From assembly GCF_009914755.1 (NCBI RefSeq), contig NC_060931.1: 64,000 nt of DNA; one strand, 5' to 3'. The stretch comes from the human T2T-CHM13v2.0 reference genome, Homo sapiens. The notes beneath the pieces were generated by a model. The model was not told where the DNA came from. It saw only the letters and a list, made by a program, of their open reading frames with translations, and ran no database searches. Within the stretch, counting starts at the first letter, position 1, and each line of letters opens with the position of its first letter. This document shows positions 13,460 through 26,467 of this stretch, piece by piece. The translations under genes and the position numbers were made by a program.

Positions 13460-16400
13460 ATTGACACATTAATAATTGTACATATTTATGGGGTACTTAG
13501 TGATGTTTTAGTACATACAATGTTTAGTGATCAGATCAGGATAATTAGCATATCCATTGTCTCAAACATTTTTCATTTATTTGTGTTGGGAGCATTCGAA
13601 TATCCTCTCTTCAGCCGCTTGAAAATGTATACTGTTGTCAACTATGGTCACCTTATGGTGCTATAAAACACTAGAACTTATTCCTCATATCTAGCTGTAA
13701 TTTTGTGTCCTTTATCACATCTCTTCCTACCCCTTCTTTCCCCCTATTCTTCCCTGCCTCTAGTAACCTCTGTTCTACTTTCTACTTCTGTAAGATCAAC
13801 TTTTTTAGCTTCCATGTAAGAGTGAGAACTTGTGATGTTTAACTTTCTGTTCCTGATTTATTTCACTTGATATCCTCCAGTTCCATCCAGGTTGCTGCAC
13901 ATGACAGGATTTTATTCCTTTTTATGGCTGAATAGTATTCCATTATGTATATATACCACATTTGCTTTATTCATTTATCTGTTATTGGACACTTTGATTG
14001 ATTCTGTATGATGACTATTATGAATAGTGCTGCAGTAAACATGGGGGTGGCACAGATATCTCATTAATACACTGATTTCCTGTACTTTGAATAAATTCCC
14101 AGTAGTGGCATTGCTGGATGATGTGGTAGTTCTATTTGTAGATTTTAAGGAATCTCCCTACTGTCCTCCATTGTGGCTGTACTAGTTTACATTTCCACCA
14201 ATAGTGTAAAAGAGTTCCTTTTTCTCCAAATCCTTGGTTAAATTTATTCTTAGGGTTTTTTTTCAGTTATTATAAATATAATAGCTTTCTTGATTTTTAA
14301 TGTGTGTTGTTTGTGTATAGATATACTACTGATTTTTGTGTATTTGTGTTCTGAAACCTGACTAAATTTATCAGTTCCAAGAGTTTTTTTGGTAGTCTTT
14401 TAGGCTTTTCTTTATTGTAAGATCATGTCATATGTAAATAGTAACAATTTGACTTCTCCCTTTCCAATTTGGATGCCCTTTATTTCTTATTTGAAGAGAG
14501 ACAAGGACATTGTAGTAAAAGGGTAAATTAAGCAACAGGCTAAATCAATTATAAATGCACACAACCCTGGAGCACCAGATATAAAAGGAAGTATTATTAC
14601 ATCTAAAAGGATAGACCCTGATACAATAATAGTTGGAAACTTCAGCATCCCATTCTCAGCATTGGACAGATCACCTAGTCAGAAAATCAACGAGATACCA
14701 GATTTAAACTGCACCATAGGCCAAATAGACCTAACAGACATTTACAGAACATTTCACCCAACAGCTGCAGAATACACATTTTTTTCGTCAGCACATGAAA
14801 CATTTTCTAGGAAAAATAAAGGCAAACATACAATGTCAAAGGAAAGAAAAGTAATGAGAAGTACTGCCAACCACATTTATGACCATATGTTAGGGCATAC
14901 AAGTCACAAAAATTTTTAAAAATCAAAATAATATCAAGTATCTTATCTGACCACAATGAAATAAAACTAGAAACCAGTAACAAGAGAAACATAAAACTGT
15001 ACAAAAACATGGAATTTCAACCACATGATCCTGAATGACCAATGAATGAAGAAATTTAAAAGGAAATTTAAAAATTCCTTGAAACAAATAAAAATAGAAA
15101 CACAATATATCAAAACCTGTGAGATACAGCAAAAGCAGTAGTAAGATACTAGTTTATAGCAGTAAATGCCTGCATCAAAAAAGGAGAAAGATTTCAAATA
15201 ACCTAATGATGCATCTGAAGGAACTAGAAAAACAAGAACAAACCAAACTCAAAGGTAGTGAAAGGAAGAAAATAATAAGGATCAGAGCAGAAAGTAAAGA
15301 CTAAAATAATACAAAGTCAACAAAAGAAGTTGGTTTTTTAAAAAGATAAAATCAACAAGAAAAAAAGAGCAAATCCAAATAAAATCAGAAACAAAACATG
15401 TCATAACTGATATTACAGAAACACAAGGATCATTGAAGACTATTAGGAACAACTATATGTCAATACATTTGAAAATCTAGAGAAAATAGATAATAAATTC
15501 CTGGACATATAAAACCTACCAAGATTGAGTCCAGATGAGATAGAAGACCTGAACAGACCAACAATGTATGATACGACTGAATCAGTAATAAAAAAAAAGA
15601 CTCCCAACAAAGGAAAGTCCAGGACTGGATGGCTTCACCACTAAATTATCTTCTCAAACTATTCCAAAAATTGGAGGGGAGGGAATTCTTCTAAACTCAT
15701 TCTACAAGGCCAAAATAACCCTGATACCAAAACCAGACAAGGACATCACACAAAAAGAAAACTACAGACCAATATCCCTACTGAACATAAATGCAAAAAT
15801 CCTCAACAATATTATCAAACCAAATCCAACAACACATCAAAAAGATCATACAACATGATCAAGTGGGATTACAGGGATGCAGCAATGGTTCAATATACAC
15901 AAATCAATAAATGTGACTCATGAACAGAATGAAAAATAAAAACCACATAATCATCTCAATAGATGCAGAAAAAGCGTTTTGTAAAATTCAACATTCCTTC
16001 CTGATAAAAACTCAATAAATTAGGTAGAGAAGAAATGTACCTTAACAAAATAATGGCCATATATGGCAAACCCACAGCTAATATCCCATTGAAAGCTGAA
16101 AAGCTTTGAGCTTTTCCTGTAAGGACTGGAACAAGACAAGAGCATCCACTCTCACCAGTCTTATTCAGCACAGTACTGGAAATTCCAGCAAGAGTGACAG
16201 AAAGGAGAAAGAAATAAAAGCCATCCAAATTGGAAAGGGAGAAATCAAATTGTTACTGTTTACATATGGCATGATCTTACAATAAAGAAAAGCCTAAAAG
16301 ACTCTACAAAAAAAACTCTTAGAAATGGTAAATTCAGTAAGGTTTCAGAATACAAAATAAATACACAAAAATCAGTAGTATTTCTATATACAAACAACAC

Positions 16401-18948
16401 ACATTAAAAATCAAGAAAGCCATTATATTTACAATAACTGAAAAAACTTTTAAAGTCTGTTTTATCTGAAATGAAATAAGTGTAGCTTTTGGTTTTCATT
16501 TACATGGAATATCTTTTTTCATCTCTTTGCTTTCCCTCTGTGTGTCTTCACAGTTGAAATGAGTTTCTTGTAGGCAACATGTAATTGACTCTTGTTTTTT
16601 AAATCCATTCATCCAGTTTATATTTTTTAATTGGGGAATCCAATCCGTTTACAGCCAAGGGTGTTGTTGATATGTGAGGACTTACTCCTGTCATTTTGTT
16701 GTTTTATTTTCTCTTTAAAAAATATCCCTTGTTTCTTACATTCTCTTATTGTTTATTTTTGTGGATGAGTGGTTCTCTGTAGTGATGTTTTGATTTCTTC
16801 GTCTATGACTTGATGCTTTTCTTTTGCTGTTTTTAGAACTCTTTGTCTTTGACTTTTGACAGTTTGAGTATAATGTGCCCCAGAGAGGACTGTTTGGATT
16901 TTATCAATTCGAGGACTTTTGTGCTTCCTGGATCTGAATGTCCATTATCTCCCAAGACTTGGGAAGTTTTTTACAACTAGCTCATTAAATATTTCCTATG
17001 ATATTTCCCTTCTCTTCTTCTTCTGGAACTCTCATAATGTGAATATTTGTTCACTTAATAGTATTCTTTAAATTATTCTTTTTTTCTTTTTGTCTGCCTT
17101 AGTTATTTCAGAAGACCTGTCCTAAGTTCAGAAATTCTTTCTTCTGCCTGGTCTAGTCCTTTGTTGAAGCTCTTCATTGTATTTTCTTCTAATTTCATTC
17201 ATTGAATTCTTCAGCTCTAAGATTTCTGTTTTCTAATATCTCTCTCTTTTTGAATTTCTCATTCAAACAATGAATCATTTTTCCTAATTTTGTTGAATCA
17301 TGTATCTATTATTTTGTATCTCACTGTTTCCTTACGATTATTATTTTGAATTCTCTTTGTGATATTTTGTATATTTCCTAATAATTGGGATCTGTTATTG
17401 GAGAATTACTGTATTCCTTTGGAAGTGTCACGTTTCTTTGTATTTTCATGTTTGATGTAGCTCTACATTGATTTATTTCTACACATATGGTAGAAAAGTT
17501 GCCTTTTCCAGTTTTATGGAGTTGTTGAAAAAACTTAGAGTATTGGTTGCGTGGGGTGCATTCACTTTGTTTTTAGGTAGACCCACTTGTGTAGTCTCTT
17601 TGCAGATTCTTCAGCAGTAATCAATTTTAGTGATGTTTGTAAGTGTTTCAGTGGCCTAAGCTGCAAGAGTTTGTGGCTGCGATGGTGCAGCTTTGCCAGG
17701 GGTGGGCTCACTGGGCTGTTTCTCAGGTCAGGGGTGCATGAGTGAACGCTGTGATGAGGCAACCAACTTGGTGTCTGGCTTGCTGGGATTATGGCCATGG
17801 GGCTGTTACTCTGGCTGGTGGCATGGGCACATGCCTGCTTGGCTGGCTTGGAGACACAATGCCTGGGTTGGGGCCACTGGGCTATTTCTCAAGTTCTCAG
17901 GGGTGGTGTGCAGCCACTCGGCCAGTCTAGGGGCATGTCTGCCAGAGGAGAACCTACTAGTCTGTTTTTTAGGTTCTGGGCTGGGTGCACAACTGCTTAG
18001 CCAGTCTGTGGGCATGTTTGTTGAGTTCAGGCCTCCTGGAGTATCTTAGGGTGTAGGTGCCAATGTGGAGCCAGTTCAAGGACATCTTCACCAGAGGCTA
18101 GCCTGCCAGGCTGTTTTTCAGGCTCAGGACATGGGTGTGCAACTACCCGGCCACCATGGGGACATGTCAGCTGCTCAGTTGCTCAGGGACCTCTGCTGCT
18201 CAGGGGAGGGCATACAGTGGTGTGACTGGCTCAAGGGTGGGTTCTCCCTGGATGTGTCCACCAGACTGTTTGACCAGAAGTGCTGGCAGCAGGGATTGGT
18301 TTCCTTGCTCTGCAGGACCAGAGCCACAGCAGATCCTGTGCTCAGGCTCTGTGCAGCTGGGGTTGTGGCATTCAGACACCTGTGTGGACTTAGTGGAATG
18401 AAAACAACTCCTAGGCTGGAAAAGTGCAGGGTGTACTTCAGAAATGGTTCTGGTCTCAAGGTGATCGGTGACATGCTGCAGCAGCTTGGCTCACAAGGGA
18501 GTAAGTGCAGATCTTGTGCTCCCAGTCTGGGGGAATACAGCTGTGTGAATTCACAGCAGCTCCCCAAACTGGGCTCAGGGCTTGCAAGGACTGTGGATTC
18601 TCCTGTAGTAAGGATTGCATGTGTTTGCAGTGGGAGTGGAGGCTGCTGAGGTTCCTCTGATTACCTTCCTCCCCTACCAAGCCTCCGCTCCCACAAGGAG
18701 AAGTCCCTTCTGACTCTGGGCCATTCCAGGCTCGGAGGATGGGATGGCAGAGGCAGGATGCCTCCACGCTGGCCTTGTGGGCTCCCAGTCATCACAGGTA
18801 CCTCTCCACTTCCCTGCTGTACTTCGGCACTCTCCCTTCAACACTCCAGTCAAATCTTAGCTGTTTATTTATTGCCGTGGTCCTTTCTTGAAGCGGAGGA
18901 ATGTGCACCAGACACTTACCGTCAGCCATCTTACTGACATCACTCTTC
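13460..18948 (-). mobile_element. L1MA-type LINE with both termini, an internal deletion and an internal inversion (14489-16446 on +), nested in an older L1M
   Basis: 3'UTR starts near 13460. The 5' end reads AAGAGTGATGTCAGTAAGATGGCTG (YY1 core) on minus near 18947, with GC-rich 5'UTR at 17600-18940. 22-bp TSD GTGTCTTG(C/T)CTTTTTTT(A/G)ATTA at 13438-13459 and 18949-18970. Confidence 0.88.
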
Positions 18949-19430
18949 GTGTCTTGTCTTTTTTTGATTAGACTAGCCAAGTATTTGTCTATTTAATTGG
19001 TCACTTGAAAAAGCCAGCTATTTACTGACTTACTGATTGAATCTATCTCTTTTGATTGGATGACTTTTGCTTTTCCTTTTATTCGTTTCTGGATTTAATT
19101 ACCTTGTAAATTTTGGTCTTTCGTGATCCATAATAGTTTACTCATACTTTCCTGCTCTTTGCCCTTTTTTAATGGGAGTATTCTTCCGCTTGATCTTTCT
19201 GTGTATCACAATTTAATCTTTGTTTTTGTTTTTGTTTTCCTCTCTTTTTATTTGGTAGTAATTCTGTTTCTCTGGAGGCTCATGCTTTTGTTTGTTGAAT
19301 TTGGTTAGTCTAATGCATGCTGCTAGTTTTCATAAGTGATTGGTGATTCATGGTTTATTCATATTTGTAACTGAAGAGTCTAGATTAAATCTATTAATTT
19401 TTCTCTAGCCCATGTAAGAATCCCATTTAT

Positions 19431-19832
<402 letters not shown>

Positions 19833-20045
19833 TTACTTTTTGAGTTTAGACTCTCCTTTCTTCCCGAAATCTCTAAGTAAATGGGAAAAACTTCCCTGTT
19901 TTTCTGGCTCCTATCTTAACTTTGTAAGGCTCCCATTCCAGAGAGCCTCTTATTTTATATATTAAGTTTTTACATATACTAGAGTTGTCTTGTGTTTATC
20001 GATATCTGAATAATTATTATAGATTTATGTTTTAATATTTTATAG

Positions 20046-20214
20046 GACTAAATCATTTTGCTACTTTAAAAAAATCACGAAAGTACATTATTTGAAGTTT
20101 GGAGAAGAAAGGGATTTGGTAACAAAGGACAGCCATTTCCATTTTAAGCAGCTAAACAGCAGGAGAGATTTCTGTAAGAAGGTACCAGCTCAGATTCCAT
20201 TGTTCATCATTTTG
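20046..20214 (+). other. PALS2: Probable non-coding 5'UTR exon of PALS2/MPP6 (169 nt)
   Basis: Acceptor ttttaatattttatAG|GAC (AG 20044-20045) and donor TTG|GTGAGA (GT 20215-20216). Non-repetitive, contains no ATG, and lies 3.4 kb upstream of the ATG exon. Confidence 0.65.
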
Positions 20215-21864
20215 GTGAGAGACTGCAGAATCACTTGTACTAAGTTGGGATTAGGCCCATCTCTCATTATTTGTTATAATTTTGTCACATGGTTTTTCTT
20301 TATCGTTTCATATGCTTTTAGGATAATATAGTTTAAAAGAACTATGTATTGTATTTTGACTATAAATCCACCAAATATACAAACTAATTTGAGAATGATT
20401 GACAGCATTATAATATTTGAGATTTCTTTGCCAGGACAAGGGATGTTGTCAAGTTTATCCATTTCTAGATTAAATTCCATATGATTAAGAGTCAGTAACA
20501 ACTTATGAAGATCTTTAAAATAACCAAAGATCTATTTCACAATTTCTTTCACTTTTCTACTGACTTAAACACCAATTTGAAAAAAAAACAAGCACTTCAA
20601 GAATCAATACAGAAGGTACATTTTTTAAAAATCTTCAGTACAACTGGCGTTATGAACACTGACTAAACATTTGATAACATTAAGGAATTACTGTTAATTT
20701 GCTAGGTATTGCTAATTTGTTACTATTGCTAACAGTATTTTGGTTATGTTGTTTAAAAGGAGTGCTGATCTTTGAGACATATACATTGAAATAGGATTTC
20801 TGGAATTTGCTTCAAAGTTATATAAGGTAGAAAGTATATAGGAGTGTGAAACAAGATTGGCCATGAGTTGCTAATTGTTGGAGCTGATCATTGTGTGGTT
20901 TATTATATTATTCTGTTTTCTTCACATATGTTTGAAGTTTTCCATAATAAAAGCTAAAAATAAAAACAAATGTACAATGTCAAAAGAAAGAAAAATAAAT
21001 AATGGGAAGTACTGCTAACCACATTTATAGCCACAGGACAAAAGTACTTTTAAAAATTGATTCTATTGTTCCCTGCCCACTTAAAGGTAACTTGTTGACC
21101 TTAAGCAAAATTACTAAGTAGCTTAGTTTATATTCTTTACTTCTTATGTCATCTTTCTTCATGTTAATCCAATACTTGTTTTCCTTCTCCTTTGTCAAGT
21201 GCACATTGTCCTCTTGTTCGCTTCTTTACCTTCAAAAATTGTCAGTCATCCATGAAACCCCCATGGATGAACCTGTCCAAGTTAACATACAAGAGAATGC
21301 TTTGTGAGGGAGATCAGGGATAGAAGACAGGAAATAGGTCTGATAGAGTATTAGAAAAATATTTGAATATTTAGAAAAATACTGGTAAAAATGTGAGAAG
21401 CTTGTTGGAACATTTGGAAAAAACTTAAGAGTTCCATATGAAAAACACTATTGATTTTGTTTTTAAAAATTGAGAGTCTGAAGATAGGGAAAGTAAAAGC
21501 TGAAACCTCTAGTATTCTAACAGAAAATAGATAATGTCCAAAATGGGTCAGTCACAAAGTAGCAATATTAGCATATTATCCAGAAAGAAGAGAAACTACG
21601 AACAGATCTGATTAGAAGAAACAATTAAATTCCTAGTAATTACTTCTGGGAGTAGGATAAGTTGGGAGAAGGGTAAGCAGCATGGAACAGAAAACTGTAT
21701 TTTATAAGCCATTTAGTACTACAATCTGACTTTTAACAGTGTTTATATTTTACTTTAATAAAAATAAAAGTTAATATTAAAAACGACTTCTGTATTTACT
21801 GTTGATTTATTCTATGAGCTAAGAGATAAAACTAATAAAATTAAGATTATAATATTGAGTGAGG

Positions 21865-23370
21865 GGAGGGGTCTAGCGTCACTCTCTAACATGTACATAT
21901 GTTGTCCCAGCACCAGCTGTTGAAAAAACTATTTTTTTCTTTATTGAATTGTCTTGGCACATTGTCAGAATCAATTGACCATAAATGTATGGATTTGTTT
22001 CTAGCCTGTTGTTTAGTTGTATGTATGTATATATGCTAGTTCCACACAGTCTTGATTACTGTAGCTTTTTAGTAAGTTTTGAAATTGAGAAGTGTGAGGT
22101 CTCCAACTTTGTTGTTCTTTTTGAAGACTCTTTTGGCTATTCTGGTTTTTTTGAGTTTCCATATGAATGGAATGAGCTTGTCAATTTCTACAAAAAAAGA
22201 AAAGGCAGTTCAGATTTTGATAGGGAGTGTATTAAACCTGTAGGTTAATTTGGGAATTGTTGCCATTTTAATAATAAGTCCTCTGATCCATGAACATGGG
22301 ATGTCATTCCCTTTATTTAGATCTTCTTTCATTCTTTCAATGATGTTTTATAGTTTCATTGTACAAATTTTGTACTACTTCTGTTACATCTATTTCTCAG
22401 TATTTTATTGTCTTTGATGCTACTGTAAAAGGAATGGTTTTCTTAATTTCATTTTTGGATTGTTTGTCACCAGTGTATAGAAATACACTATGTGTAACAA
22501 CATATTGGTTGTTTTGTATTAATCTTGTATACTGAAACCTTGGTGAACTCACATATTAATGATAATAAATTTTTGTATATTAGGATTTTCCATATACAGA
22601 ATCATATGATCTGCAAATATAAATTGTTTTACTTATTGCTTTCTAGTCTGGATGCCTTTTCTTTATTTTCTTTTTTCTTTTTTTTTTTTTTGCTTAACAG
22701 CCCTGTCTAGAACCTCTAATCCAAAGTTGAATAAAAATGCCAAAAGTGTACAGCCTTATTTTTTTCCTTATTAGGAGTAAAAGCACCATTAAGTATGATA
22801 TTAGCTGTGGGTTTTTCATAGAAGCCTTTTATCAGAGAGAAGAATTTCCCTTCTATTTTTAGTTTGGTGAATGTTTTTATTATGAAAGAGTTTTGGGTTT
22901 TGTCTAATGATTTTCTTTGTCTGAAGTGTCATTTGGTTTTGTTCTTGGTTTTATTAATAGAGTCTGTTGAGTTTTTATCTGTTGAACCACTCGTTCATTC
23001 CTGGGATAAAGTGAACTTGGCCATTATGTACAATTGTTTGTATATGTCACTGGATTCAGTATTTTGTTTAAGATTTTTGCATTTGTATTTCTAGGAGAGA
23101 TTGGTGGTAATTTTTTTGTGTGTGATGTTGTTGGGTTTAGTATCAGGGTAATTGGTCTCATAGAATGAGTTGGAAGGTGTTTCCTTCTCTTCCGTTTTTT
23201 TTTTTTTTTTGAAGGAGTTTGTGAAGTATTGGTTTTAATTCTTTTTTAACTGTTTGATAGAATTCAGCAGTGAAGGCTGGTTCTGAGCTTGTGGGAAGTT
23301 TCTGATTCCTAAATTAGACTTTTTCCTTCTTATAAGTCTGTTTGAATTTTCTGTTTTTTCTTGAGTAATG
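21865..23370 (-). mobile_element. Old L1M ORF2 fragment
   Basis: Antisense ORF2 motifs (TCCCAGCACC..TGTTGAAAA, CCATGAACATGGGATGTC, TCATAGAATGAGTTGGAAG). Confidence 0.8.
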
Positions 23371-23661
23371 TTTTTAAATTTGAAAAATACAGAGCAAGTG
23401 CAAGGTTGTAAGTATGTGTAAGGTAGTCTGATAAAGTCCAAATTACATATAAAAATCTATCCTGCTATTAATTCCTGGGAAGTCAATTTGAAACTCATAC
23501 TGTTTAACAATTTCATTTTTTAAAATGTTATTTTTCCAAAGAGTATTCTTAATGTCTAGTTGCATTATTAAAATAATCTTACTCCATAACGGCTTGAAAT
23601 TTAAGGGTTTTTGTTTGTTTGTTTGTTTGTTTGTTTTTATGTTGCTTTTATCTCAGCAGCA

Positions 23662-23778
23662 ATGCAGCAAGTCTTGGAAAACCTTACGGAGCTGCCCTCG
23701 TCTACTGGAGCAGAAGAAATAGACCTAATTTTCCTCAAGGGAATTATGGAGAATCCTATTGTAAAATCACTTGCTAAG
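23662..23778 (+). CDS. PALS2: PALS2/MPP6 first coding exon, aa 1-39 (MQQVLENLTELPSSTGAEEIDLIFLKGIMENPIVKSLAK), first L27 domain
   Basis: Recognised MPP6 N-terminus. Tandem acceptor tctCAGCAG (AG ends 23656 and 23659), ATG at 23662, donor AAG|GTATAT. 117 nt, phase 0. Confidence 0.96.
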
Positions 23779-24541
23779 GTATATAGATTTATTCATAAGA
23801 TTACTGAATTATTTTGGACTTAGTTTTTATAGAGATATTTTCAGATATTACTATTTTAGAATTTGGTTGATATACATTAGGTTTAGTTAGCAAATAAAAA
23901 CATTCAGCACATAATGAAATCTTAACATATGCAAAAATTAGACCATTTTTCTCTTTTCTACTCTGACTTTAAATACAGGATGAAATGACTCTTAGTTTTG
24001 GCGTAATGCCTTTAAGGTTTAGAGAAATCATACCTGCACAGTTGTGTTTTAACAGGGCCTGTGAAAAAGATCCTGATCCTATTTCCATTTTCAACAATGG
24101 CAAAGTACTGATTTTCTTCTTTTGCATTAGACTGTGTACCTACTTTTCATGTAAGTTCTTGACTTCCTTTATCTAGTGCTTTTTTGAAATTTTGTTATTT
24201 GTTGCATAAGCCTGGTATTTTAAGTCTGTTTCCCTAGTCAACTCTGGAGTAATCTCTTTAACTCATTGATAAGTATACTTTACAACCATTTTTATTAAAT
24301 AATTATTATATGCTAAAGCTTAATGTATTACCTATTTTACAAACCTGCTATACCATTCTTTAGAGTTCCCCCAAATGACTCTTGCTTTCAAGAATCTATG
24401 CCACATGCCTTCTTTGATCTTTTCTTCATAGAGCCATCTTGTTCCTTTTGGTTTTTGCTCTATGAGAATGTTGATTTCACTCTCTTCTGTGATTTTTTTC
24501 TTAGCCAAAGTCTGTTACTTGTTTTCTTCCAAGACCTCTGA

Positions 24542-24893
<352 letters not shown>

Positions 24894-26139
24894 AATGATA
24901 CAGAGTCTTCATTTTATTTACGTGTTTACTTATGCTAAAATCACATGGTATAAAGGCCCTTAAGTAGAAACGAATCCATTTGCAGATCATCCAACTGGAA
25001 TTTTTATTTTAGTCATTTTTTACTATAGCCTTTCCAATGTTCATTAGATATTTTTATATTTTAATAATAATGTGCAGGGTATTGTTTCAGATTCAAACTT
25101 GTCATAAACATTAATTCCTACTGTTTTAAAGTAATAGCTCCAGGGTCTGTTGAAATTAGTAGGAACTATTTAAATTTCTGTTAAATAGTTTACCTGGGTT
25201 CTTATTGTACTTTTAAAATGGTTTTTTACTCTTTTCTTGATGTTTTTCTGTTGATTGTCAGTTATTGTCCATGTAGCTGTTACACTGTTATCTCCATGTT
25301 TATTTAATTTATAGCTTTTGATCTATAGATTTTAAAACTATATAATGCACTAACAAATGTTTATAGTTTGCAAAGGTCTTTAAAATACACTGTTTTGTCT
25401 TCACAACAACTTTATGAATTTAAAATATACTGTTTTATCTTTCAACAACTTTTGAATTGAAAAGTAAGACTCAGTCAATAAGTGTTGTGTCTAAGGTCTC
25501 TCTGCTAGCAAAAGACAGATGAGGTTTAGGCCATGTGTTCTATCATCAAATTCTGTGTTCTACCTACTCCAACACCGGGTGATGGGGTATGTGTATGTTT
25601 GTGTATGCTTATTCTTAAAAACTGGTGGGAGTAAAAATTTACTGATTTTATGCCATTGATGTTGGTCTTTCAGAGGATTATCTTGTTCATTATTCTTAAC
25701 AGTTGCAATGGTTGGATGACTTTTGAGCAGGTAAGGTGCTACTGTACTCTTTTGATGATAAAAATGAAATAAAGCAAAGAGTTATCCAATAATATGCAAC
25801 ATTCAGGCAGATTCTTAATAAGGAAAAACAATGGTAGTTCAGTATTCCTATAATATAGGTTAAAAAAAATCCCAGGAATAGGGGAGGAATTCCGCTTCCA
25901 AGAAAGAAATAGTAAGTCACAGCAGCCTAGCACTCTCAGTATAACAAATAGAAGGAAAAAAGAGGCACACATTGCTAGATATGCAGAGAGGCAGAAATAT
26001 CTGGCCACTAATCATGAGAAAAACAACAGAGGCAGTCCCATAAATGGTTCTTTTATTAGCATTTATACACAAGGATTTGAAAATAACTTATTAATGTACT
26101 TTTAGTAGAAGAAAAGGGAAAAAAACATGTAAAATATTT

Positions 26140-26400
26140 TTAGAAAATCAGAATAAAAAATAATCAAATGAACATTTTAGGATCAAAAATACAGTATCTG
26201 AAATTAGTTCACTGATAGAAGACTAGACACAACAGAAGAGGGAATAAGTGAATTTAAAGATAGGTTATTAGAAAATACTCAAGCAAAAACTAATAGAGAA
26301 GAAAGAATGAAAAAAAGATAACAATATGTGAAACATACTCAAAATATCTAATATATGTAGTTTGTATTCCAGAAAGAAAGGAGAGAGGGAAGAAGAAATA
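26140..26400 (+). mobile_element. Old L1M ORF1 fragment
   Basis: AAAAATACAGTATCTGAAAT...AGACTAGACACAACAGAAGAGGGAATAAGTGAA...TCCAGAAAGAAAGGAGAGAG. Confidence 0.65.
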
Positions 26401-26460
26401 TAGGTAAACCCTATACTTTTGCATTTCACTTTATTCCCCTTTGCAGTTACTGCCTTTTTA
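26401..26460 (+). mobile_element. Tigger1 5' terminus remnant
   Basis: TA|TAGGTAAACC...TTGCATTTCACTTTATT...TTGCAGTTACTGCCTTTTT resembles the Tigger1 start (CAGGCATACC...TTGCGCTTCGCTTTATTGCGCTTCGCAGATACTGCGTTTTT). Confidence 0.6.
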
Positions 26461-26467
26461 ATAATCA

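Noticed and set aside
17562-18980. Cluster of GC-rich ORFs, including the longest in the track (194 aa, 18065-18649)
   Set aside because: They lie in the 5'UTR of the L1MA element bounded by its TSD, with no recognisable domain or splice support.
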